A stretch of DNA of 42,005 nucleotides. It comes from Octopus sinensis (Eukaryota). The DNA is taken from the NCBI RefSeq assembly GCF_006345805.1, contig NW_021835195.1:1-42005 (forward strand), read 5' to 3'. How positions within the stretch are numbered: the first letter of the stretch is position 1; every line of letters starts with the position of its first letter. The notes under the pieces were generated by a model, which was not told the origin of the DNA, searched no databases, and worked only from the letters and a program-made list of their open reading frames with translations. The position numbers were made by a program, and so were the translations under genes. Of the stretch, positions 1-11,029 are shown piece after piece.

Positions 1-75
1 CTAATTTTTTCTTTTCTTTTCTGCCTTTTCAAATTATTGACAAGACTTCCTTTGTACCCCTCTTATATATATATA

Positions 76-468
76 CTAGCAGTATCGCCCGGCGTTGCTC
101 GGGTTTGTAAGGGAAATAATTATATAAGCATTTTTAGAGATGTAAAGTATAATAGCCATCTCAATATGGCTAACCACAAAGGGGGAGGGGTGTTACTGTA
201 GCTTTTTACGTTCTGAGATTTAATAATAATTTTAGAGAGTTACTTCCCTTATATATGTCAAAAATGGATTAAAAATGGGAAAAATTGATGGTAAATTTTT
301 TTTAAATCGTAGACTCATCGTAGACGCGCGCTAATACCCAGACGGTCTCGATATGAATCACGACTATAAGATACCCGGTTTTGGTTAAACTGCACCGCAA
401 AATGTGGGAGTAGTTAGGAATCTAAATCGTAGGAGACAGACACACAACCTCACTTTTATATATAAAGA
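76..468 (-). mobile_element. Non-autonomous Helitron, copy A
   Basis: Minus strand starts A|TCTTTATATAT and ends CCCGAGCAACGCCGGG hairpin ... CTAG|T. These are canonical Helitron ends in an AT target with no TSD. Ends are shared with 9529-10036 and 41160-41991. Confidence 0.8.
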
Positions 469-634
469 TTTCCTCAATTTACATAATATTGAGGTCTCTT
501 TCTTTCTTTTGTTATCTTACTGTTTTTACCAATATACATATATATATATATATATATAAATATATATATAGTTACAGAGATGTACTTGCATAGCAAGTGA
601 CTTGATCTGAGATCGTGTGCTGGAACGAAAACAG

Positions 635-893
635 TTGCAGCGTTGAAGGTGTTTATAAGCCATTTAAGAAACACACAAAAACCGTTAGATTCACTTCAAC
701 ATTTAAATTTAATTTGTCAAAATATTTTCGTCGCTTTGAGACCGCGATGTGTTAGCACGATATTTTTGTCAGTGAACAGGTCGCGGTCTCAAAGCGACGA
801 AAATATTTTGGCAAATTAAATTTAAATGTTGAAGTGAATGTAACGGTTTTTGTGTGTTTCTTAAATGGCTTTCAAACACCTTCCACGCTGCAA
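635..893. repeat. Long hairpin: 113-bp inverted arms (635-747 / 781-893) around a 33-nt loop; unclassified repeat
   Basis: Direct reverse-complement match, e.g. AATATTTTCGTCGCTTTGAGACCGCGA vs TCGCGGTCTCAAAGCGACGAAAATATT, with few mismatches. Confidence 0.85.
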
Positions 894-959
894 TATATAT
901 ATACACACATATATATGTATGTATGTATGTATGTATGTGTGTATATGTTATGCATGTAT

Positions 960-1190
960 GTGTGTGTGTGTGCGTGTCTGTGCTTGTGATTGTCCTCCAC
1001 CACTGCTTGACAACGAATGTTGGTTTGTTTACATCCCTGTCACCTAGTGGTTTGACAAAGGAAACAGATAGAATAAGTACAATGCTTACAAAAATAAAAC
1101 TGGAGTTGATTCATTAAACTACAATTCTTCAAGGCATTGCCCCAGCATGGCCACAGACCAATGGCTGGAAAAAGCAGAAGAATAAAAGAA
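960..1190 (+). mobile_element. Degenerate 3' half of the tRNA/CORE-type SINE
   Basis: Matches the tail of the full copies at 26237-27040 (GCTTGACAAC, GATAGAATAAGTAC, CCAGCATGGCC). Confidence 0.6.
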
Positions 1191-1261
1191 TACATTCTCT
1201 GCTTTGGTCTTATGTTCAAGGCATGAGAAAGCTTGAGTTTACATGAGAAGGCCTAACAGAC

Positions 1262-1421
1262 CTGGTAGAAATAGCAGCCAAATTTCCCCCAAATCACACC
1301 TTACTGTCTTATCTATGTATATATGTATGTATGAGCCTATGAGGGAGACCCCTACATGGCAGCTAGACATGGTAGAAATAGCAGGCAAATCTCCCTCAAA
1401 TCACACCTTACTGTCTTATCT
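1262..1421 (+). repeat. Two ~52-bp direct repeats
   Basis: TGGTAGAAATAGCAG(C/G)CAAAT...CAAATCACACCTTACTGTCTTATCT at ~1262 and ~1370. Confidence 0.65.
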
Positions 1422-1989
1422 TTCTGCTACTTGGATATAGGTCTTATATTCGTCGTAAAAAACTTTCCTGTCACACACTCACGCACACGCACACACACAC
1501 ACGCACCCTCACACACACACACACGCGCACACACACACACACTCACACACACGCACGTTAGCTTACAATTTTATTTATATATTTGCGTGTCTATGTGTGG
1601 AAAGAGGAAGTGGGAGGCAGAGTGAAAGAATCACTCACTACAGTAAGTGAATTACTTTCATTTTATTCGTTGCCCACTGTGTGTGTGCGTTTGCGTGTGG
1701 TGTAAACCAGACTAAGAAAAGCATTTGACACACACACCAGAATGTGAGTTTTCTGTAAATTTTGCTTAATTGGAGTTTAAATTTTAAAAACTGGACCTGG
1801 CATGACGCGATGCATTGTACTCTTTAAAATGCTAGGTAAATTGTAATTGAAGAAATCCTATATTGTAGATTTCTATAACTCCCAAAGGGAGGCAGATAAA
1901 ATCTGCCTTTTATAATAAGAGATAAGTTATAAATTGTAATAACGGAGAAGAACTAGCAAAAATAAAGACATTTTTTAAATGTTTCACAC

Positions 1990-2486
1990 AAATGCCGATC
2001 CATGTGAACCATCCTCTTTTCGTTTCAGTATTTCGAGTGCACAATCTAAATTTTATATATTCTCCATTTTTCAGTAATTACATCGTAATTTCCCTGCATT
2101 TAACTAAATTCTTAGATTTACAAGCCAAAAATAAAGGAAAATGTTGTGTAAAGAAGGTATTGCACTGACACAAAGCAATGTAAAAAATAACCAAAACTGG
2201 AACGGAATGTCTAAAAGAAAATAAAACAAAATTATTCGAATCTCAGCCTTACTTTCATATAATTTCGGCTTTGTTTGGTGAGATTCTTTTAATTTAATTA
2301 TTCAACACGTCAGAATAAGCAAATGTACGTAAAATGACACATATACAATAGAAATGCTTAAATAAATATAATACTCACATAGAAATATATGTATATATAT
2401 AGAGAGAGTCACCGAGGAAAATGTGAGAATATGAAGCAGTGAGGACTGGAGTCTGAGTGGACAGTGACAGCTTCAAGAGAATTTCT
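1990..2486 (-). other. Putative non-coding first exon (2486-2379) with GTGAGT donor and start of intron, for a gene running leftward out of the window
   Basis: Inverted paralog of 2903-4680. Donor context ATTTCTAT|GTGAGTATTATATT mirrors TTATTGT|GTAAGTATTATATT. Gene assignment is inference. Confidence 0.5.
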
Positions 2487-2902
2487 AGATTTTTAATAGC
2501 AAACGTTGATTTATATTTTGCAGGTGAATTTAATAAAGAATACTGTACGGATTTCTTTACACAGTTAATTATCAAACGTGTGTATATTCAATTGGGTTCT
2601 CTCTTAAACGGAAACAGAATTGGAAAGATTTAGCAATTAACAGACGAGGGTAAATCACTCTATTTCTAATATCCGTTTTTAATTAAGAGCTGAGGTGCTT
2701 CACATAAATTCGTAAAAGGCCTTCTTGCTCCTGTTTCTTACGCATTTTTATTGCTTGATCGGTTCCACTTTACAACTGATATTTAAGAGAAAACCAAATT
2801 AAATATATACACGATTGGTAATTAAATTTCTAAAGAAACAGATGCAGCATTTTTGATTATGTGGACCTGAAAAATATTAATTAACGTTTGTTGTAAAGAG
2901 GA
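2487..2902. promoter_or_regulatory. Putative bidirectional promoter between two head-to-head first-exon modules
   Basis: Positional inference only: 416 bp between two divergently oriented homologous exon-like blocks. Confidence 0.3.
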
Positions 2903-3006
2903 AGAAATTCTTTTGAAGCTCTCTTTGTCCACTCTGAGTTCAGTTTTCACTACAATATATTCTTCTCACACCTTCCTCGTTGACTCACTCTGCGTATATA
3001 CACACA

Positions 3007-3045
<39 letters not shown>

Positions 3046-3058
3046 CACACACACACAC

Positions 3059-3137
<79 letters not shown>

Positions 3138-3140
3138 TGT
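2903..3140 (+). other. Putative non-coding exon 1 of the first ZNF gene, containing a (CA)n(TA)n tract
   Basis: Ends in the GTAAGT donor at 3141. Homologous to 2379-2486(-). The first paralog-conserved acceptor I found downstream is TTTCAG|7151. Confidence 0.45.
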
Positions 3141-3419
3141 GTAAGTATTATATTTGAAACGAGCTTTGCGTGAGTGATGTGAATATCTGATCTTGTACTT
3201 TCGGGGTACAAGAAAGCAATCACTCACTAGCCGTTGCTTTAATAATCCAGAATTCTACTAGTCAGAAACAACAAGACGCAGACGTAAAATATATATATAC
3301 TACTTTATTCTCTTTCTTGGTAACAATAACAATAAGTGTGTTATCTGATGTCCTTGATTCTGGGCGCGCAAGGCTGAAAGTTAATAGATTGTAATATTTA
3401 CAATGTCCAGCCGCTAAAC

Positions 3420-3760
3420 CAGAAAGGGGTCAAGATGGCGTCGAACAGGGAAGTTGAATGTGGTCGGCAACAATTTGGTTAAAGGCATTCGGCCGACTGC
3501 TGCTATCAACCGGAGAGAATATATGCGTGACCGCCGCCTTCAATCGCTGGGTCCCAAGTCCCCGATGACTGCTGCTAGTGGTCAAACGTTCTACGACCCC
3601 TTGCCTCGCTAACTACCACTACACGATAGGCAAGCGGGTCGTGCTTCCGGTGGTTCGCGCATGCGCGAGAGGGCCCTTCCTTTCTCTGCCTTGTAAGGCA
3701 CCAACACGCGCGAAATACAAATGGACGGTGCGCGCGCGCGCCGTTGTAGGATCACTACAT
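3420..3760. promoter_or_regulatory. CpG-rich island-like segment with YY1, ETS and NRF1-type motifs
   Basis: CAAGATGGCG 3431-3440, CTTCCGG 3644-3650, CGCGCATGCGCG 3656-3667, and a (CG)n run near 3730. Confidence 0.4.
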
Positions 3761-3841
3761 ATTTATATAAACATTTCTATTATATATGTGTCATGCCATA
3801 TATCTGATTGTTTCAATGTGTTGAGTAAGTGAAAAGGGTAC

Positions 3842-4066
3842 TACTTTAAGAAGAGTGCTCCAGGTGCGCGCACTCGCGTTAGCTAGTGGTCACTAGTCGA
3901 TCCTTACTTTGTGTTTTAATTACTTTCTTTTTAAAAAATTATTTACTTTGAGTAAAAAAAATTATGTATTTTGTGTTTTATTTACTTTGCTACCTAGTCG
4001 TTGTAGGATCGACAAGTCACGACTAGCTAGCGCGAGTGCGCGCACCTGGACCACTCCCATTAAGTA
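3842..4066. mobile_element. MITE with ~65-bp imperfect TIRs, TA at both ends
   Basis: CCAGGTGCGCGCACTCGCG...TCGATCCT at left vs AGGATCGA...CGCGAGTGCGCGCACCTGG at right. It is absent from the inverted paralog. Confidence 0.65.
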
Positions 4067-4102
4067 ATACCAGTTAAAAGAAAGAATTTCACCAAACAAA
4101 TA

Positions 4103-4436
4103 GGATCTATTGCATTTCAATCTGTTTTAGGGTTAGGGTTAGGGGAAGGGTATCTTTTTTTCTTCATAAATGTAAATAAACCCAATCTGTTTCTTAAACG
4201 AGGGACATATTCATACGGCACAGAATTTGTTTTTTACCTCAATGGACGTCATTGATTGGTTGAAATTACAGAAATTGAAGAAAGAAACAATAAATATCTT
4301 ACAAACTATAGAATTTTCTCAATAAAGCCAAGAGAAAATGATGTTTTATAAACACATTCTACCAGTATAAGAAGTTTTTAATTTTTTAATTACCGAGAAA
4401 TTATGTTAAAAACTGCCGTTCAAACCGAAAAGATCC
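4103..4436 (+). mobile_element. Dispersed ~335-bp repeat with GGATCT...AGATCC ends and an internal TTAGGG run, copy 1
   Basis: Second copy at 8906-9247. It is absent from the paralogous region near 2250. No TSD visible. Confidence 0.7.
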
Positions 4437-4879
4437 AGGCTGTTATTTTAATACTTTCATTCTGTTTATTTTCCTTTAGACATTTCATTGCACTTTTGGT
4501 TATTTCCTATATTCGTTAACGTCAGATCTGTATCTTGTTTAGGTAAAATTTCTCTTTCTTTGTGGCGTGTAAATTTGATTATTTAAGTTAAATGCAGGAA
4601 AGTACAATATAATTTGTATAAGAAAATGGGGAATATATAAAAATACGAGTGTGCACCTGAAATACTGAAACGAAAAGTAAATGTCGTATACAGAAGAAAT
4701 GAAACACTAGAACGTACCTAATTTGACCAAAAGTAAAAATAAAAATCCGTTTATATAATCTTTTACTCGAAAATTAGTAGTAAATATATTTTTTAAAATG
4801 TGGAGATGACATATAGAAATGATGGCTGATCGCTATTGTTGAAAAGAATTTAGTTAGCCCTTAATCCTTGCTTAACTGG

Positions 4880-5900
4880 TTCCTTCCTGTATTTGGCGCT
4901 CGCTTGAAAGTATCTATAAATCGTTCTGCTTACCCATTTGACCTTGAGTGATAGGGTAGGGTGGGGTAGACGTACTTGCCTACATGTATTTTGCAGGATT
5001 TCTTTAACTGGTATCCTGTAAATTGTGTTCCCTTGTTCGATGGTGTCCGAAACACCTTTCTGAGCAAAAAAAAAAAATGGGCCGGAACGATATAGTTGCC
5101 TTCAAGGTAGGTTGAATGCACCTACATCCTTCCAACCACTTTGTAAGGCTATCAATCATGATCAAGTAGCATGCACCATTCACTTGTCAAGCATAGTCTA
5201 TATGTACCATATATATGTGTCATGTCATATACCTGATTGTTTCGATGTGTTGAGTAAGTTAAAAGGGTACTACTTAAGAAGAGTGCTCCCGGTGCGCGCA
5301 CTCGCGTATCCGCGCTTGCTAGTCATGACTAGTCGATCCTTACTTTGTGTTTTTGTGTTTTATTTACTTTGTTTTGAAAAAAACAGATATTACACCTGTT
5401 TTGCCACCTGAATAGGCAGGTGCATTGTCACTCCCTGGAGGCATCGAATTGTGGCCCTTTCCAATGAATAGCATCCCGCAAACGTCACAGTAGAACCCCT
5501 GGTTTACTGTCTAACCAGGTGGAGCATACTCATGATGAACAATCCCCTGGAGTCGAAGAAAACAGTCAACAGTATCTTCACATTCGTCAGTCTTGGAGAG
5601 GTCGAGGTGTTCTTCGTCTCAGACCACAATTGGTATTTCACTGGTGGTGCCTTGGCTGCTAATGCACAATCCCTACATGATTTTTACCAAATTTTGAATG
5701 TCCCGGTCCATTGCTGGCCAATACACATGACTCCCCATCAAAGCTTTCAGTCATGACATCCCCGGGGGTTCACAATGAACTTCATGTAATGTCCTTTTCT
5801 GTACTGCAGTTGGTTCTACCACTCTTTGTGTTTACATTAATACATTGTCACAGATTTTCCTGCTTCATTGGTGTGTCTAGGAGTTGTTATTATATTACAT
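4880..5900 (-). mobile_element. Ty3/Gypsy integrase remnant, interrupted by insertions at 5200-5612
   Basis: Minus-strand translations: CDNVLM...EVHCEPPG..KALMGSHVYWPAMDRDIQNLVK..CRDCA (H2C2 domain); DYA*QVNGACYLIMIDSLTKW; GTQFTG...PYHSRSNG*AERFIDTFKR (core). Confidence 0.75.
5409..5612 (-). mobile_element. Mariner transposase fragment
   Basis: Minus strand reads NVKILLTVFFDSRGLFIMS/HEYAPPG*TVNQGFYCDV...DNAPAY, the mariner VFFD/HDNA region, with frameshifts. Confidence 0.7.
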
Positions 5901-6074
5901 GTGTCCACTCTATGATAGAAACTTCTTAGATATGATGAGATTGGATAAGTTTAATACTTCTACAAATTAGCAAAATAACATGACCCATCGTCTGAAGTTT
6001 TGACACCTCCTTTGGGTTTATTGTCCTACATCACTCATGAAGATCAGCAAACACAGGACCTGTGACACATAAAA

Positions 6075-6298
6075 GCACCAACCAATCGTGGCCATTTGCC
6101 AGCGTCACTGGCCGGTGGCACGTAAAAAGCACCCACTATACTCACAGAGTGGTTGGCGTTACGAAGGGCATGCAGCTTTAGAAACACTGCCAGATCAGAC
6201 TGGAGCCTGGTGCAGCCTCCTGGTTTCCCAGATCCCGGTCAAACCGTCCAACCCATGCTAGCGTGGAAAACGGACGTTAAACGATGATGATGATGATG
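6075..6298 (+). mobile_element. RTE-type 3' end / derived SINE with (GAT)n tail
   Basis: GGCACGTAAAAAGCACCCACTA...GAGTGGTTGGCGTT...AAACGATGATGATG; the same 3' UTR follows an RTE ORF end at 36463-37080. Confidence 0.75.
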
Positions 6299-7109
6299 AA
6301 GATGTGGTTGGTTGTTCATTTGTGGGTAACAGGGAACCATTGAGGTGACTGACTTGCCCTTCGACTGTGAATGGCAGTGTAAATCCATGTTCAACTATCT
6401 CCTTAGATGCACCAAACAATGTCATTTGTGATGCAGGATTGTCTGATATTGCTCAGGAAATCCTTTGACTGGATGGAAGTACCTTCCAGAAGAGGTTGAG
6501 AAGGAGCTAGTAGTGCTGGCAATATTACCTTACTGCCTGGGCATTGCATGCCATTAGTTTCATTTGGAAATTTTAAAGCTTTACAGAAACAATGATTTGA
6601 GTTTAGCACACTAATTTGGACAAAATTATCATTTTCATAAAAATGGGATGGATTATATATGAAAGCAGCTCCAGGATTTGTGAAAAACGAATGTATACAT
6701 TCTCAGTTCAAATTCCGCCAAGGTCGACTTTACCTTTCAACCTTACGGAGTTAATAAATTAAATATCATCATTCCATGCTTTTCGTATGCAAGCCGGTGG
6801 GGCTCGCTCTGTCTAATCATTAAAATGTTTTAATGGCTAAGCATTAAATGCTGCAGCATGTGTTTGCTGATCTTGCAAAAGTCTCATCTCCCTTCTGTAT
6901 TGAGACTCCATCTGACGTGCTGCGGCTTGCCTTTGCTGATCTCGAGAAAGTCCCATCTTGCTTCTGTCTTAAGAAGCAAGATGGAAATATTGTCCAATAA
7001 TATGTAATTTAATGTTTTACATAATATCTGAAGGAAGTAAAAGTTTATATCCACAGTTTATCATTATGAAAATGTAGTTATATTTTCTATTGTTGAATCT
7101 CTGCTTTTT

Positions 7110-7150
7110 AAGTCTTTCCTATATCTTCTACTGTTTCTGTGTCATTTCAG
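7110..7150 (+). promoter_or_regulatory. Splice acceptor of the coding exon of ZNF gene 1
   Basis: Pyrimidine tract plus GTCATTTCAG|AATATGAGATG, conserved at 20410 (+) and 32850 (-). Confidence 0.65.
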
Positions 7151-7505
7151 AATATGAGATGTTAGTGGTATAAAGGAGTTTTTACTTCAGATACATCAGG
7201 AATATTGATCGTCATTTGAAGACTAATGGAAGATGTTATAAATAATATATATAACCACGTTTATAAAATTTATCTATGGTGAAGAACTGAAAAATTCCAT
7301 CTGAATTAGCAGCAACATTTTTTTCCATCACTGCCTGGAATATTTGCTAAAGTATTTCCGATTCAGTCTGAACTTGGAAAAATCTGCAAAGGTGTTTCTA
7401 TTACCTTTAGCTATTGACAAAGACCAAACTTGTGGAAAATCAACAAAGGAATATATAAGAAGAACAGGAAAAATATATTTTGTGCTTGTATACTATAGAA
7501 CAATA

Positions 7506-8619
<1,114 letters not shown>

Positions 8620-8905
8620 AACTGTAATATCTGCAGTAAATTACACTAAGTCAGACCTTTTCCTTTTGAACGGCAGTTTTTAACAAAATTTCTAGTTAAC
8701 TAAACACTTTAAAACTTCATATACTGGTAGAATGTATCAAAATATAACATTTTTTTCTCTTGGCTTTCTTGAGAAAATTGTAATTTGCTTGTTTAACGTA
8801 GTTTAATTTTTCAAATTTTAACCAATCCTATGCCCTCTATTGGGAACGGCAGTTTTTTCTAGCAGTGTCATATGAAATTGTCACCCATAATTATGGCTCT
8901 AGTAT

Positions 8906-9247
8906 CGATCTATTGCATTTCAATCTGTTTTAGGGTTAGGGTTAGGAGTTGAGGAAAGGGTATCTTTTTTTTTTTTTACAAATGTAAATAACCCAATTTG
9001 TTTCTTAAACGAGGGACATATTCATACGGCAAAGAATGTTTTCACCTCAATAGACTTCATTGATTAGTTGAAATTGCAGAAATTGAAGAAATAAAAAACA
9101 ACAAATATCTTACAAACTATAGGATTTTCTCAATAAAGCCAAGAGAAAAAGATGTTTTATAAACACATTCTACCAGTATACGAAGTTTAAAATTTTTTAG
9201 TTACGTGGAAATTATGTTAAAAACTGCCGGTCAAACCGAAAAGATCC
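8906..9247 (+). mobile_element. Dispersed TTAGGG-containing repeat, copy 2
   Basis: Colinear with 4103-4436 (GATCTATTGCATTTCAATCTG...CAAACCGAAAAGATCC). Confidence 0.7.
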
Positions 9248-9528
9248 TAAATTCTTTCTGGAGTAGTTTGAAGAATTAGTTAGAAAATTCAATACTTGTC
9301 CTTCTCATCAAGTAAACTCTTAGCAGGAAAAGAATAAGAAAAATGCCTTTTATCTTAAACAAAAAAAAAAGGAAACTGTTTGAATGGCGGTGCCCCAGCA
9401 TGGCCACAGCTCGTTTGCTGAAACTTGAGGAAAATAGAAACAAATAAATAAATAAAACTAAGGGAGATCACTCCCGTTTTCATTTCTAATACTCTTTAAA
9501 CGATTGAATTTGGATTTAATAAAAATAA

Positions 9529-10036
9529 TCTATATATATAAAACTGTAGTTGTGTGAGTGTCTGTCCCCTTCGATTTAGATTCCTAACTACTCCCACATT
9601 TTGCGGTGCAGTTTAACCAAATTTGGGTATCTTATAGTCGTGATTCATATCGAGCCCGTCTGAGTATTAGCGCGCGTCTACGATGAGTCTACGATTTTAA
9701 AAATAATTTAACATAATTTTTTATTCCATTTTAATGCATAATTTTTCGTGTCAATGGCGGCGGAGTTGGCGTCCATGGTCACACCTGCACCTGTTTGCTT
9801 CTCCCCCTTCTTCTCCCTCGTGAAGCTGTGGGGAAGGGAGTGTACGGAAATCAACGTCGTAAAGCGTTGTCAAGGAGACCAGCGTTCTTTTAGAACAACG
9901 ACTTCATGGCTTGAAGACACCAATACAGAAATGGCTAAGAAAGCCCGAATTGGCATCTATAAGGGAAGTAACTCTCTAAAAATGCTTATATAGTTATTTC
10001 CTTACAAACCCGAGCAACGCCGGGCGATACTGCTAG
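9529..10036 (+). mobile_element. Non-autonomous Helitron, copy B, with different internal cargo
   Basis: A|TCTATATAT ... CCCGAGCAACGCCGGGCGATACTGCTAG|T; ends shared with copies A and C. Confidence 0.8.
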
Positions 10037-10269
10037 TATTGAATAAGACTTTGCGAGTCAGCTTTACATAATTTCTTGGGTATTGGTTAGAAAACAACCG
10101 ACGGGTTTCTCACCTTAACCTTAAAAAGAAATAGACGAAGAACGACACTAGAGGTTTAAAGAGGAGATCGTAAGAGTAGCAAAAAAAACTGAATATAAGT
10201 AGTCAGCATATACTTTTGTATTTTTTGCCATTATTCGTGGTTTTTTCATTATAATTCACATTTCGTAAA

Positions 10270-10278
10270 CGTAATTAT
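10270..10278 (+). repeat. 9-bp target-site duplication (left), CGTAATTAT
   Basis: Identical to 16476-16484 and directly abuts the GG terminus. Confidence 0.9.
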
Positions 10279-11029
10279 GGTACTTGTCTATTGTCGTGGT
10301 CCCGGTTTTGCACACGCGAATTCGCGCGCGCGCGCGTCAGACGTAGGTACTCGATACTCGAGATCCTACGAGGTGACTTGCGCATGCGCAGTGCGCGATT
10401 CGCGCATGCGCGTTAAACCCCCCCCCCCCCCGGAAAAAAAAAGGATTTTTTTAAAGATACCTTTCTGCTTTTTAAGACAAAAAGGTGTTGGATTTAACTA
10501 AAAATATATATATGTGTGGTGGTGTGTGTGTGTGTGTATATATAACATATTCAATTTTACATAAAAAAATTACATAGTCGCTTTCCTCGCGGATTTACAG
10601 ATAAATGAATTAATTACTATTTTACAGAATAAATTAATTAATTAATTATATAAATTAAATAATTCTTGAAAATTAATTATTATTAATACTCGAGATCTTA
10701 CGAGGTGACTTGCGCATGCGCAGTGCGCGATTCGCGCATGCGAGTTAACCCCCCCCCCCCCCGGAAAAAGAAAAAGGATTTTTTTAAAGATACCTTTGTT
10801 CGCTTTCCTCGCGGATTTACAGATAAATGAATTAATTACTATTTTACAGAATAAAATTAATGAATTAATTATATTAATTAAATAATTCTTGAAAATTAAT
10901 TATTATTAATAATATTTTTGAACAAGTAAAAAGTAATTACTTTTTTTTACAGAAACGCGAACGGGGAATTTTTCAGTTTAAAGTTTATAAATAAATACAT
11001 TTCATGTGTAATGTAAAATAGTAGTCAAT

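Noticed and set aside
4125-4145. TTAGGG repeats as interstitial telomere
   Set aside because: Only ~3 units, inside a dispersed repeat; kept only as a feature of that repeat.
7344-7505. 54-aa N-terminal extension of ZNF gene 1
   Set aside because: It starts at TTG, and the paralogs do not keep a conserved open frame there; ATG 7506 is the conserved start.
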